Source: an uncultured Clostridia bacterium (lineage in GTDB: Bacteria > Bacillota > Clostridia > Oscillospirales > Acutalibacteraceae). From it: DNA of 64,000 nt. A model generated the notes under the pieces. That model did not search any database and was not told the DNA's origin. It saw only the letters and a list, made by a program, of their open reading frames with translations. Position numbers and translations under genes: made by a program. The stretch lies in NCBI GenBank assembly GCA_938028975.1, contig CALHES010000009.1, positions 32,792 through 96,791 on the forward strand, written 5' to 3'. This document shows, in pieces, positions 21,305 to 29,105 of this stretch (positions are counted from its first letter, which is position 1; each line of letters begins with the position of its first letter).

Positions 21305-22609
21305 ATGTTTATTGTTATATTGATTACCAAACTTGTGCAGCGAATTTTAAAAATATTTGGCAAAGGTGCCACAACATTGCCCGGCAGAATAGCTTTGTTT
21401 TTGAAAAAGGACATACTGTTTCACCTTGCAAAAAACGTAAAAGTTATACTTATTACCGGCACAAACGGCAAAACAACGACTGCCCGAATTGTAGAGCAGG
21501 GGCTTAAATCGGCAGGGCTTAGTTATTTTATTAACCGTTCGGGGGCAAATTTAATAACAGGCATTACAACGTCATTTATATCAAATTCCGATTTATTCGG
21601 TAAATGTAAAAAGAATTATGCAATTATTGAGTGTGATGAAAATGCATTAAAAAAGGTAAGCGTTTTTATTGACGCCGATTATTTGGTTGTAACAAATATT
21701 TTTCGAGATCAGCTTGACAGATTCGGTGAAGTTTCAGCAACATTATCCGCCATTAAAACAGGGGCTGAAAACATGAAAAATTGCACTCTTATTTTAAATA
21801 CAGACGATTCGCTTAGTTTCAGTTTGTCCCGATTAAGTAATAATTGGGTTGCTTACGGTGTTGATACGCCTCTTGATTTCGGCGGTAAGGGAGATAATGA
21901 TTATTGCGTTTTTTGCAACTCCAAGTTGGATTTTTATTATAAAACATACAGCCATTTGGGCAATTACCGTTGTTCGCAATGCGGCTTTTTGCGTGTAAGT
22001 CCAAAATATGCCGTTGAAGAGATTATTGAACTTGAAGAAGAATATTCTGCCGTGATTGTAAAAATTAATAATGATTGCAAGTTGTTAAAAATTAATTTGG
22101 GCGGTATTTATAATGTTTATAACGCTTTGGCGGCAGTGGCTGTTTTAAGCGAAATAGGTGTTGAATCTAACGTAATTGAAACAGCTGTTGCCCGGTTTAA
22201 CGGCGCTTTCGGCAGAATGGAAAATTTTGGCGGCTTAAAAATGTTGCTTGTTAAAAATCCGGCGGGCTTTACTCAAACAATGAATTATTTAAAAACCACA
22301 GACGCTGAAAATCTTGTGTTTGTTTTAAATGATAATAAAGCAGACGGTAAGGATGTGTCATGGATATGGGATGCGGAAATTCCCGTTAGTGACAAAGTGA
22401 AAAAAATATATACATTCGGTATCAGAAGCGGCGATATGGCGCTTCGGCTGAAATATGAGGGGTATAATCCGGAAGTAATAAAAGATTATAATCGCTTTTA
22501 TGAGGTGTGCCAAAAAAACAAAACCGTAATAATTCCCACATACACCGCCATGATGGCTTTGCGACCGTATTTTGCGCAAAAATATAAAAAGGAAGCGTTT
22601 TGGAAATGA
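21305..22609 (+). CDS. murT: Lipid II isoglutaminyl synthase, Mur-ligase-like subunit MurT
   Basis: Mur ligase P-loop (ITGTNGKTTT), Cys4 zinc ribbon (CVFCNS...CSQCGF) and C-terminal DUF1727-like region. Immediately followed by gatD. Confidence 0.8.
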   Translation: MFIVILITKLVQRILKIFGKGATTLPGRIALFLKKDILFHLAKNVKVILITGTNGKTTTARIVEQGLKSAGLSYFINRSGANLITGITTSFISNSDLFGKCKKNYAIIECDENALKKVSVFIDADYLVVTNIFRDQLDRFGEVSATLSAIKTGAENMKNCTLILNTDDSLSFSLSRLSNNWVAYGVDTPLDFGGKGDNDYCVFCNSKLDFYYKTYSHLGNYRCSQCGFLRVSPKYAVEEIIELEEEYSAVIVKINNDCKLLKINLGGIYNVYNALAAVAVLSEIGVESNVIETAVARFNGAFGRMENFGGLKMLLVKNPAGFTQTMNYLKTTDAENLVFVLNDNKADGKDVSWIWDAEIPVSDKVKKIYTFGIRSGDMALRLKYEGYNPEVIKDYNRFYEVCQKNKTVIIPTYTAMMALRPYFAQKYKKEAFWK

Positions 22610-23325
22610 TTATAAAAATTGCTCATTTATATCCTGATTTGCTTAATTTGTACGGCGATTCCGGCAATGTTCTTTGCCTTCAAAAAAGGTTAATGTGGCG
22701 TAATATTGAATGTAAAACAGATTTGTTGTATGCCGATTCATATTTTGATTTAAATAATTATGACATTATTTTTATAGGCGGCGGTCAGGATTTTGAACAG
22801 CGATTGGTTTTAAAATCTTTAAGCAAAGGCGTGGCTGATAATTTGCACAGCGCAATAGAAAATGAAGTTTGTGTTCTTGCGGTTTGCGGCGGTTTTCAGC
22901 TTTTGGGCAAATATTATCAAACAAATAAAGGGGATGTGCTGAATTTTACGGGTATTCTTGATTTTTATACGGTTGGCAAATCCAAAAGGCTTATAGGTAA
23001 TTACATATTTAAAACAGAAGAAAAAATAAGAATAATGGGCTTTGAAAATCATTCGGGTAGAACCTATTTAAGCAAAAATTTGAAACCCCTCGGTAAAGTG
23101 TTAATGGGCTGTGGAAATAACGGAAAAGACGGCACGGAAGGCGTTAGATATAAAAATACGTTCGGCACTTATTGCCATGGACCGATTTTGCCGAAAAATT
23201 CTGATTTTGCGGATTTGATTATTGAAAACGCTTTATTGAGAAAGTACGGCAAAGCAGAACTTTCACCAATTGATAACACATTGGAAATCATTGCCCGAAA
23301 GCAGGTTAGGGATTTATATATATAA
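22606..23325 (+). CDS. gatD: Lipid II isoglutaminyl synthase glutaminase subunit GatD (CobB/CobQ-type GATase)
   Basis: N-terminal IAHLYPDLLNLYGDSGN and catalytic Cys in AVCGGFQLLG, typical of GatD. Overlaps the murT stop. Confidence 0.8.
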   Translation: MIIKIAHLYPDLLNLYGDSGNVLCLQKRLMWRNIECKTDLLYADSYFDLNNYDIIFIGGGQDFEQRLVLKSLSKGVADNLHSAIENEVCVLAVCGGFQLLGKYYQTNKGDVLNFTGILDFYTVGKSKRLIGNYIFKTEEKIRIMGFENHSGRTYLSKNLKPLGKVLMGCGNNGKDGTEGVRYKNTFGTYCHGPILPKNSDFADLIIENALLRKYGKAELSPIDNTLEIIARKQVRDLYI

Positions 23326-23352
23326 TTTATAAAAAAATATTCAAATTTTTCT

Positions 23353-23380
23353 TGATTTACGGTTAATCTTGTGTTAAAAT
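23353..23380 (+). promoter_or_regulatory. Candidate sigma-A promoter of rpsB-tsf (TTGATT -35, 16 nt spacer, extended -10 TGtTAAAAT), followed by a ~120-nt leader
   Basis: cTTGATTtacggttaatcttgTGtTAAAAT, read directly from the sequence. The ~120-nt leader before the rpsB RBS (AGGAGG at 23489) could hold the S2 autoregulatory structure. Confidence 0.45.
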
Positions 23381-23502
23381 GTTTCAGCGTGCAAAAGCAA
23401 TACTTGCACATAAACACACACCTTGCTCTTAATCCTAAGGTGCTTAATGCGGGATTTTGCCATAGGGCAGGTGGAGGATTAACCTTAAAGGAGGAAAAAT
23501 CA

Positions 23503-24246
23503 ATGGCAAACGTAGTTTCAATGAAACAACTTTTAGAAGCAGGTGTTCACTTCGGACACCAAACAAGAAGATGGAACCCTAAAATGGCTGAATACATCTT
23601 CACAGAACGTAACGGCATTTACATCATCGACCTTCAAAAAACAGTTAAGAAGCTTGATGAAGCATATATGTTTGTTCGTGATCTTGCTGCAGAAGGCGGC
23701 TCAATTATTTTCGTAGGTACGAAAAAGCAGGCTCAGGAATCTGTTAAAGAAGAAGCAGAACGTTGCGCAATGCCTTATGTTAACGCTCGTTGGCTTGGCG
23801 GTATGCTTACAAACTTCAAAACAATCCGTGGCCGTGTTGCTCGTCTTGCTCAACTTAAAAAAATGCGTGAAGACGGCACTTTTGACCTTCTTCCTAAAAA
23901 AGAAGTTACAGGTCTTGAACTTGAAATCGAAAAGCTTGAAAAGTATCTCGGCGGTATCACAGAAATGAAAAAAGTTCCGGATGCAATGTTTATCGTTGAC
24001 CCAAGAAAAGAAAGAATTGCTGTTTCAGAAGCAATTAAACTCGGTCTTCCAATCGTTGCTATTGTTGATACAAACTGCGACCCTGATGAAATTGATTACG
24101 TTATTCCGGGTAATGATGACGCTATCCGTGCTGTAAAACTTATTGCAGGCGCAATGGCATCTGCAGTTATCGAAGGCCGTGACGGTCAGGATACAGCAGA
24201 AGAAGCTGCTGCAGAAGCAGAAACAGCAGAAGAAACAGCTGAATAA
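23503..24246 (+). CDS. rpsB: 30S ribosomal protein S2
   Basis: [28 protein letters not shown] canonical S2 N-terminus. Acidic C-terminal tail. AGGAGG RBS. Confidence 0.95.
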   Translation: MANVVSMKQLLEAGVHFGHQTRRWNPKMAEYIFTERNGIYIIDLQKTVKKLDEAYMFVRDLAAEGGSIIFVGTKKQAQESVKEEAERCAMPYVNARWLGGMLTNFKTIRGRVARLAQLKKMREDGTFDLLPKKEVTGLELEIEKLEKYLGGITEMKKVPDAMFIVDPRKERIAVSEAIKLGLPIVAIVDTNCDPDEIDYVIPGNDDAIRAVKLIAGAMASAVIEGRDGQDTAEEAAAEAETAEETAE

Positions 24247-24290
24247 TTTATATTTATAAATAATAACTATATTGGTTTGGAGGATTAAAA

Positions 24291-25229
24291 ATGGCATTTA
24301 CAGCTCAAGACGTAAAAGCGCTTCGTGAGAAGACAGGCGTTGGTATGATGGAATGTAAAAAGGCTCTTACAGAGGCTGACGGCGATATGGACAAGGCAAT
24401 CGACTTCCTTCGTGAAAGAGGTCTTGCCGCAGCACAAAAGAAAGCAACAAGAATTGCTGCTGAAGGCGTTGTTCTTCCTTATTATGACGAACAGGCTAAA
24501 AAAGGCGTAGTTGTTGAAGTTAACTCTGAAACAGACTTTGTTGCTAAAAACGAAAAGTTTATGAACTTTGTTGAAGGCGTTGCTAAAACAATTCTTGCAA
24601 CAAATCCTGCAGATGTTGACGCTCTTAAAGAAGAAAAGTTTGACGGCACAGACAGAACAGTTACAGAAACTCTTAATGACCTTGTTCTTTCAATCGGTGA
24701 AAATATGAAAATACGCCGTTTTGAAAGAATGGACGGCGTTGTTTCAACATACATTCACGGCGGCGGTTCAGTAGGCGTTATGGTTGGCTTTGATGTTGCA
24801 GACGAATCAAAAGCTGCAACAGCAGAATTTGAAGCAATGGGCAAAAACGTTGCAATGCAAATTGCAGCTATGAACCCATCTTATCTTGACGAAGCATCTG
24901 TTCCTGCAGAAGTTGTTGAACATGAAAAAGGCATTCTTGCAGCACAGATGAAAGAAGACCCTAAAATGGCTTCCAAACCTGAAGCAGTTCTTGCAAAAAT
25001 TGCTGCAGGTAAAATGGGCAAGTATTATAAAGAAAACTGCCTCGTAGATCAAGAATTTGTTCGTTCAGACCTTTTCCAAGGTTCTGTTAAAGGCTATGTA
25101 GATTCAGTTGCTAAAGAACTCGGCACAGAAATTAAACTTAACGGCTTCATCAGAATGATGAAAGGCGACGGCCTTGAAAAGAGAGAAGAAAACTTTGCAG
25201 AAGAAATTGCAAAGCAAATCAACGGTTAA
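24291..25229 (+). CDS. tsf: Elongation factor Ts
   Basis: MAFTAQDVKALREKTGVGMMECKKAL UBA-like N-terminus of EF-Ts. Ends ...IAKQING*. Confidence 0.95.
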   Translation: MAFTAQDVKALREKTGVGMMECKKALTEADGDMDKAIDFLRERGLAAAQKKATRIAAEGVVLPYYDEQAKKGVVVEVNSETDFVAKNEKFMNFVEGVAKTILATNPADVDALKEEKFDGTDRTVTETLNDLVLSIGENMKIRRFERMDGVVSTYIHGGGSVGVMVGFDVADESKAATAEFEAMGKNVAMQIAAMNPSYLDEASVPAEVVEHEKGILAAQMKEDPKMASKPEAVLAKIAAGKMGKYYKENCLVDQEFVRSDLFQGSVKGYVDSVAKELGTEIKLNGFIRMMKGDGLEKREENFAEEIAKQING

Positions 25230-25268
25230 TATTCAAGAGCATCTCAAACGAGATGCTCTTTTTTCTTG
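25209..25268 (+). repeat. Direct repeat copy 1: native tsf 3' end (codons AKQING*) plus terminator
   Basis: gcaaagcaaatcaacggttaa...agagcatctcaaacgagatgctcttttttcttg. Recurs at 26424-26490 with about 5 substitutions and the hairpin loop inverted (aaac to attt). Confidence 0.8.
25236..25266 (+). terminator. Rho-independent terminator of rpsB-tsf
   Basis: agagcatctc-aaac-gagatgctct followed by TTTTTT. Confidence 0.75.
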
Positions 25269-25314
25269 AATGTAGGGTTATTGTGTGATAGTATTACATT
25301 AGGAGGAGATATTT

Positions 25315-25881
25315 ATGTCTGAATATTTTGTTGATTTTGAAAATGTTAATTCAGCCGGAATCAGTGGCATTTCTAAATTAGACCTTAATGAAAACGATGA
25401 TTTTCACATTTTTTATAGTGAAAAAGCAAATTCGATAACAATTGATTTGCATAAAGAATTAGATAAAATTGATGCGAAAGTGAATTTTATTAAAGTAAAG
25501 GTCGGTACAGCCAATGCTTTGGATTTTCAGCTTGCAACATATCTCGGTCATTGTATAGCAGAGAATGGATCCAAAAAATATTTCATTATATCTAATGACA
25601 AGGGATATGATGCGGTTTGCGAATTTTGGAAGGGTAGAAATGTTGTTATAAAAAGAATTGATTCAATTAACTCAATTGACAGAAACAAAGATGAAGTAGC
25701 AAAGGTGCTAACAGGAATAGTCAGCGAAAAAGAAGCACTGAAAGTGTACAATATAATTTGCAATTACAAAACAAAAATGGGCATACATAACAATTTAGTT
25801 AAAGCTTTTCCGGGCAATAACAATAAAAAAGCTTCACAGATTTATAATGCTATAAAACCATTAATCAAGGATAAAAAATAA
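25315..25881 (+). CDS. NYN-domain (PIN-like, LabA/DUF88-type) predicted nuclease with a C-terminal OST-HTH-like extension
   Basis: FVDFENV (D..EN), VKVGTANALDFQLATYLG (G.NA.D) and FIISNDKGYD (S.D..D) match the three NYN acidic motifs. Reads more AT-rich than the flanking core genes. Confidence 0.6.
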   Translation: MSEYFVDFENVNSAGISGISKLDLNENDDFHIFYSEKANSITIDLHKELDKIDAKVNFIKVKVGTANALDFQLATYLGHCIAENGSKKYFIISNDKGYDAVCEFWKGRNVVIKRIDSINSIDRNKDEVAKVLTGIVSEKEALKVYNIICNYKTKMGIHNNLVKAFPGNNNKKASQIYNAIKPLIKDKK

Positions 25882-26112
25882 GTTTTTAAACTGTCAACAG
25901 GATACACATATTTATTACATTATTTTTACGTTTATTATGCAGAATATGAAGCATCGGTTGGCGTGGATGGTGAATTGTTGGTAGGAAGTTTACCGGTTAA
26001 ACAATTAAAATTAGTTCAAGCGTGGGCTGCTATTCACGAAGAAGAATTATATAAGGCATGGAATAAGGCTGTAAGACAAGAACCTTTTGGAAAAATAGAG
26101 CCTTTAAGATAA
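25882..26112 (+). pseudogene. DUF4160 family gene remnant: only the C-terminal ~65 codons, no start codon
   Basis: Translation ...YYAEYEASVGVDGELLVGSLPVKQLKLVQAWAAIHEEELYKAWNKAVRQEPFGKIEPLR* matches the conserved C-terminal half of DUF4160 proteins. The N-terminal ~30 codons (MP...DHxPPHFH) are absent. It lies in the same frame as the NYN gene and directly after its TAA stop. Confidence 0.55.
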
Positions 26113-26129
26113 TTAGAAAGTGTGATTTT

Positions 26130-26423
26130 ATGTATATTTTAGATGGTATTGCTTATGCCGGTAGCAAAACACCTGAATTGAAAGTGTCCGGTGTAAGACC
26201 TATGGATAATTATTTGTTATGGGTTAGATTTAACAACGGCGAAGCAAAAGTGTTTGATTTTAAGCCGATTTTGGAAAAACCGGCTTTTGTTCCGCTAAAA
26301 GACGTTGATGTATTCAAAAGCGTTTATATTGATTATGGTATTCCGGTATGGAATGACGGCGATATTGATATTTCTCCGGAATACCTTTACGAAAACGGAC
26401 AAAATGAAAGAATAACAGCATAA
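26130..26423 (+). CDS. DUF2442 family protein, usual partner of DUF4160 in two-gene modules
   Basis: 97 aa: MYILDGIAYAGSKTPELKVSGVRPMDNYLLWVRFNNGEAKVFDF is the DUF2442 fold signature. Sits immediately 3' of the DUF4160 remnant. Confidence 0.65.
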   Translation: MYILDGIAYAGSKTPELKVSGVRPMDNYLLWVRFNNGEAKVFDFKPILEKPAFVPLKDVDVFKSVYIDYGIPVWNDGDIDISPEYLYENGQNERITA

Positions 26424-26490
26424 TCGCAAAGCAAATCAACGGCTAATTAAACATTTAAGAGCATCTCATTTGAGATGCTCTTTTTTCTTG
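26424..26490 (+). repeat. Direct repeat copy 2: orphan copy of the tsf 3' end (atc gca aag caa atc aac ggc taa = IAKQING*) plus terminator hairpin with an inverted loop
   Basis: atcgcaaagcaaatcaacggctaa...agagcatctcatttgagatgctcttttttcttg. Same last-7-codon string as EF-Ts but not attached to any tsf body. Functions as the terminator for the DUF2442 gene. Confidence 0.8.
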
Positions 26491-26532
26491 CCTGAATTTG
26501 ATATATGTGTTATTATTTGCTTGGGTGGTAAT

Positions 26533-26967
26533 ATGGTAAGAGAAGCAAATATTAACGATTTTGACGGATTAAGCAAATTGTATACTCATTTGCACAATAA
26601 CAAGATTATGCCGAAAACAGAGAATAATGAAAAAATATGGAATGAAATTATTGCAGATAAAAATCATCATATTATTGTGGCAGAGGAAAACGGTGAAATT
26701 GTTTCTTCTTGTGTTTGTGTTATTATTCCAAATCTTACTCATAATCAACAACCTTATGCTTTAATTGAAAATGTTGTTACTCATAAGGACTTCAGAAAGA
26801 AAGGGCTCGCTTCACAATGCCTCTCTTTTGCAAAGCAAATCGCAGTTGAAAATAATTGCTATAAAATGATGTTGCTTACCGGTTCAAAAAAGATGTCCAC
26901 ACATAAATTTTATAGAAAAAACGGTTACAACAGCATAGAAAAAACCGGCTATATTCAACGACTTTGA
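26533..26967 (+). CDS. GNAT family N-acetyltransferase
   Basis: Acetyl-CoA binding motif HKDFRKKGLASQCL (Q/RxxGxG/A-like) and overall ~145 aa GNAT fold. ATG at 26533, not the track's upstream 26470. Confidence 0.75.
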   Translation: MVREANINDFDGLSKLYTHLHNNKIMPKTENNEKIWNEIIADKNHHIIVAEENGEIVSSCVCVIIPNLTHNQQPYALIENVVTHKDFRKKGLASQCLSFAKQIAVENNCYKMMLLTGSKKMSTHKFYRKNGYNSIEKTGYIQRL

Positions 26968-27066
26968 TTTACTTTGTTGTTTAATTATTGTGGGTAATTT
27001 TATTGTCTTGTAAATTTAGTTTATATATGTTAAACTTAATGTGTAATAATGAAATGAGGTTAATTT

Positions 27067-27516
27067 ATGATTTGCAAAAATTGTTCTAACAATATTGATG
27101 ATAATGTTGCTTTTTGCCCATACTGCGGAACTCCTACTAATTCGGCACAAAATAACGGGCAAAACCCAAATGTATATTATAATCCGAATACACAGCAGAG
27201 TAATCAATATAATTCATATAATCAGCAGGGCACACAACAACCGACATATCAGCAGGCTAATATTAACTCTGCACCTGCCAAGGATAAACTTGTTGCAGGA
27301 TTACTTGCTATTTTTCTTGGTTCATTAGGTATTCATAAGTTTTATCTCGGCTATACAAAAAGTGCCGTTATTATGCTTTTAGTGTCGCTTCTTACCTTTG
27401 GTATCGGTGCTTTTGTTATGGAAGTTATCGGCCTTATTGAGGGAATACTTTATTTAACAAAGTCTGATGAAGAATTTTATCAAACTTATGTTCAAAATGA
27501 AAAAGAATGGTTTTAG
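27067..27516 (+). CDS. Zinc-ribbon + TM2-domain membrane protein with a Q/N-rich linker
   Basis: N-terminal CKNC...CPYCG zinc ribbon. ~60-aa N/Q/Y-rich low-complexity segment. C-terminal KLVAGLLAIFLGSLGIHKFYLGYT is the TM2 domain signature. Confidence 0.7.
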   Translation: MICKNCSNNIDDNVAFCPYCGTPTNSAQNNGQNPNVYYNPNTQQSNQYNSYNQQGTQQPTYQQANINSAPAKDKLVAGLLAIFLGSLGIHKFYLGYTKSAVIMLLVSLLTFGIGAFVMEVIGLIEGILYLTKSDEEFYQTYVQNEKEWF

Positions 27517-27540
27517 AAGTAAAAATATTTTCAAAATATA

Positions 27541-27575
27541 AAAAGGCTGAAGAATTTGTTCTTCAGCCTTCTTGT
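27541..27575. terminator. Bidirectional terminator between the converging TM2 gene (+) and ferredoxin-like gene (-)
   Basis: aaaaggctgaagaa-tttg-ttcttcagccttctt. Confidence 0.55.
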
Positions 27576-28282
27576 TATAATTTTTTGCCGTCAACAGAAA
27601 TTGTAACAACTTGCCACGGAATGAACTTTCCGCTTTTTTGAAGTGCAGACTTTGCCGCATTTTCAAGTCTGCCGCAGCAGGGAACTTCCATTCTTATAAT
27701 TGTAACGTTTTTTATATTGTTGGTTTTAATTATAGATTCAAGTTTTTCGCTGTAATCTGTATCGTCAAGTTTCGGGCAGCCGATAATTGTAATTTTACCT
27801 TTCATAAATTCATTGTGTAAATTAGCGTAAGCATAAGCTGTGCAATCTGCCGCAATCAGTAAGTCTGCACCGTCAAAATACGGTGCGTTAACAGGTACAA
27901 GCTTGATTTGGCATGGCCATTGACCCAGTTGTGAAACAGGTGCAACAGTATTGTCAATATTTAAATTACCGCTGTTTTTATTAAAAGTGCGCAAAGCACT
28001 GCCCGGACAACCGTGGTTAATGTGTTGATGAGAAATTTTTTCTTTTTTCTTCATATTTTCTTCAACTGCTTTTTTGTCATATTCTGCAGCTTCACGCTCA
28101 ACAAAAGTAATTGCTCCCGTAGGACATGTCGGCAAACAGTCGCCAAGTCCGTCGCAGTAATCATCACGCAAAAGTTTTGCTTTGCCGTCAACCATGCCTA
28201 TTGCACCCTCATGGCAAGCATTTGCGCATGCACCGCAGCCGTTGCATTTGTCTTCATCTATTTGAATAATTCTTCTAATCAT
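27575..28282 (-). CDS. 2x[4Fe-4S] ferredoxin-domain protein with a second Cys-rich C-terminal domain (hydrogenase/NuoB-small-subunit-like GCP...CC motifs). Function unknown.
   Basis: CNGCGACANAC and CDGLGDCLPTCP dicluster motifs at the N-terminus, then HGCPGS, WPCQ, AADCTAY, IIGCPKLDD and VPCCGRL. Divergently paired with the Crp/Fnr gene. Confidence 0.6.
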   Translation of the reverse strand: MIRRIIQIDEDKCNGCGACANACHEGAIGMVDGKAKLLRDDYCDGLGDCLPTCPTGAITFVEREAAEYDKKAVEENMKKKEKISHQHINHGCPGSALRTFNKNSGNLNIDNTVAPVSQLGQWPCQIKLVPVNAPYFDGADLLIAADCTAYAYANLHNEFMKGKITIIGCPKLDDTDYSEKLESIIKTNNIKNVTIIRMEVPCCGRLENAAKSALQKSGKFIPWQVVTISVDGKKL

Positions 28283-28387
28283 ATTTAAAACTCCTTTTTG
28301 TTTATGTTATTTGCTTGTGTGGCATCATTATAGTATAATTGAGTTGTTAAATATGTTGGAATTGCAACAAAATACGGTGATTTTATA

Positions 28388-29056
28388 ATGAAATATATGG
28401 AAATTTTAAATAATTGTGTGCTTTTTAATGGGTTAACAGAAGATGAAATTAATATGTTTTTTTCAAGTGTAAGCCATGGCATCAGGGCATATAAAAAGGG
28501 TGAGTTTATTATGCATGCCGGTGATAAAACCGAAAGTCTTGGACTTTTACTAAACGGCAGTGCCCTTGTTGTTCAGGAGGATGTTTGGGGAAACAGAAAC
28601 ATTATTACAAATTTAAAATGTTGTGATTTTTTCGGCGAGGTGTTTGCAAGCCTTGGAAATATACCGTTGAATGTAAGCGTGGAAGCAAATGAAGATTGCC
28701 AAGTTTTATTTATAAATATGAGCAGTGTGTTTTCCTCAGATTACTTGTGCAAAAGCAAAATTAATTATAATTTAATTAAAATACTTTCAAGAAAAATTTT
28801 GGTATATAATGACAAAGTAACACATTTGAGTAAGCGAAAAACAAAAGATAAAATTTTATCATACCTTTCTGCCGAATCTGTTAGATGCGGTTCTTTTGAA
28901 TTTGATATTCCTTTCAATCGCCGTGAACTTGCCGATTATTTGTGTGTGGAACGTTCGGCAATGACGGTGGAACTTTTAAATTTACAAAAAGCCGGAATTA
29001 TAAAAATAAATAAAAATCATTTTAAATTGCTTAATGTTAATGCCGACAGGCAGTAA
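28388..29056 (+). CDS. Crp/Fnr-family transcriptional regulator (cNMP-binding domain + C-terminal HTH)
   Basis: cNMP-binding beta-roll (GEFIMHAGDKTESLGLLLNGSALV) and HTH (RRELADYLCVERSAMTVELLNLQKAGII). No N-terminal Cys cluster, so not a classical O2-sensing FNR. Confidence 0.8.
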   Translation: MKYMEILNNCVLFNGLTEDEINMFFSSVSHGIRAYKKGEFIMHAGDKTESLGLLLNGSALVVQEDVWGNRNIITNLKCCDFFGEVFASLGNIPLNVSVEANEDCQVLFINMSSVFSSDYLCKSKINYNLIKILSRKILVYNDKVTHLSKRKTKDKILSYLSAESVRCGSFEFDIPFNRRELADYLCVERSAMTVELLNLQKAGIIKINKNHFKLLNVNADRQ

Positions 29057-29062
29057 AAATAA

Positions 29063-29105
29063 AAGCAGGCTACGGCTGTTTCATTGCCTTAACCTGCTTT
29101 TTCTT
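29063..29105. terminator. Bidirectional terminator between the converging Crp/Fnr gene (+) and PHP phosphatase gene (-)
   Basis: aaagcaggctacggctgtttcattgccttaacctgcttttt: stem aagcagg/cctgctt with a long loop, flanked by A-run and T-run. Confidence 0.4.

Noticed and set aside
26424-26447. The second IAKQING* string as a remnant of a second, degraded tsf gene
   Set aside because: Upstream of it is the intact DUF2442 ORF with no further EF-Ts similarity. Only the last 8 codons plus terminator are duplicated. That fits an attachment-site or duplication footprint rather than a decayed paralog.
27095-27328. 77-aa alternative-frame ORF inside the TM2-protein gene, and 27611-27820 inside the ferredoxin gene
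   Set aside because: Both overlap better-supported genes. Their translations are His/Ile/Arg-rich junk without motifs.
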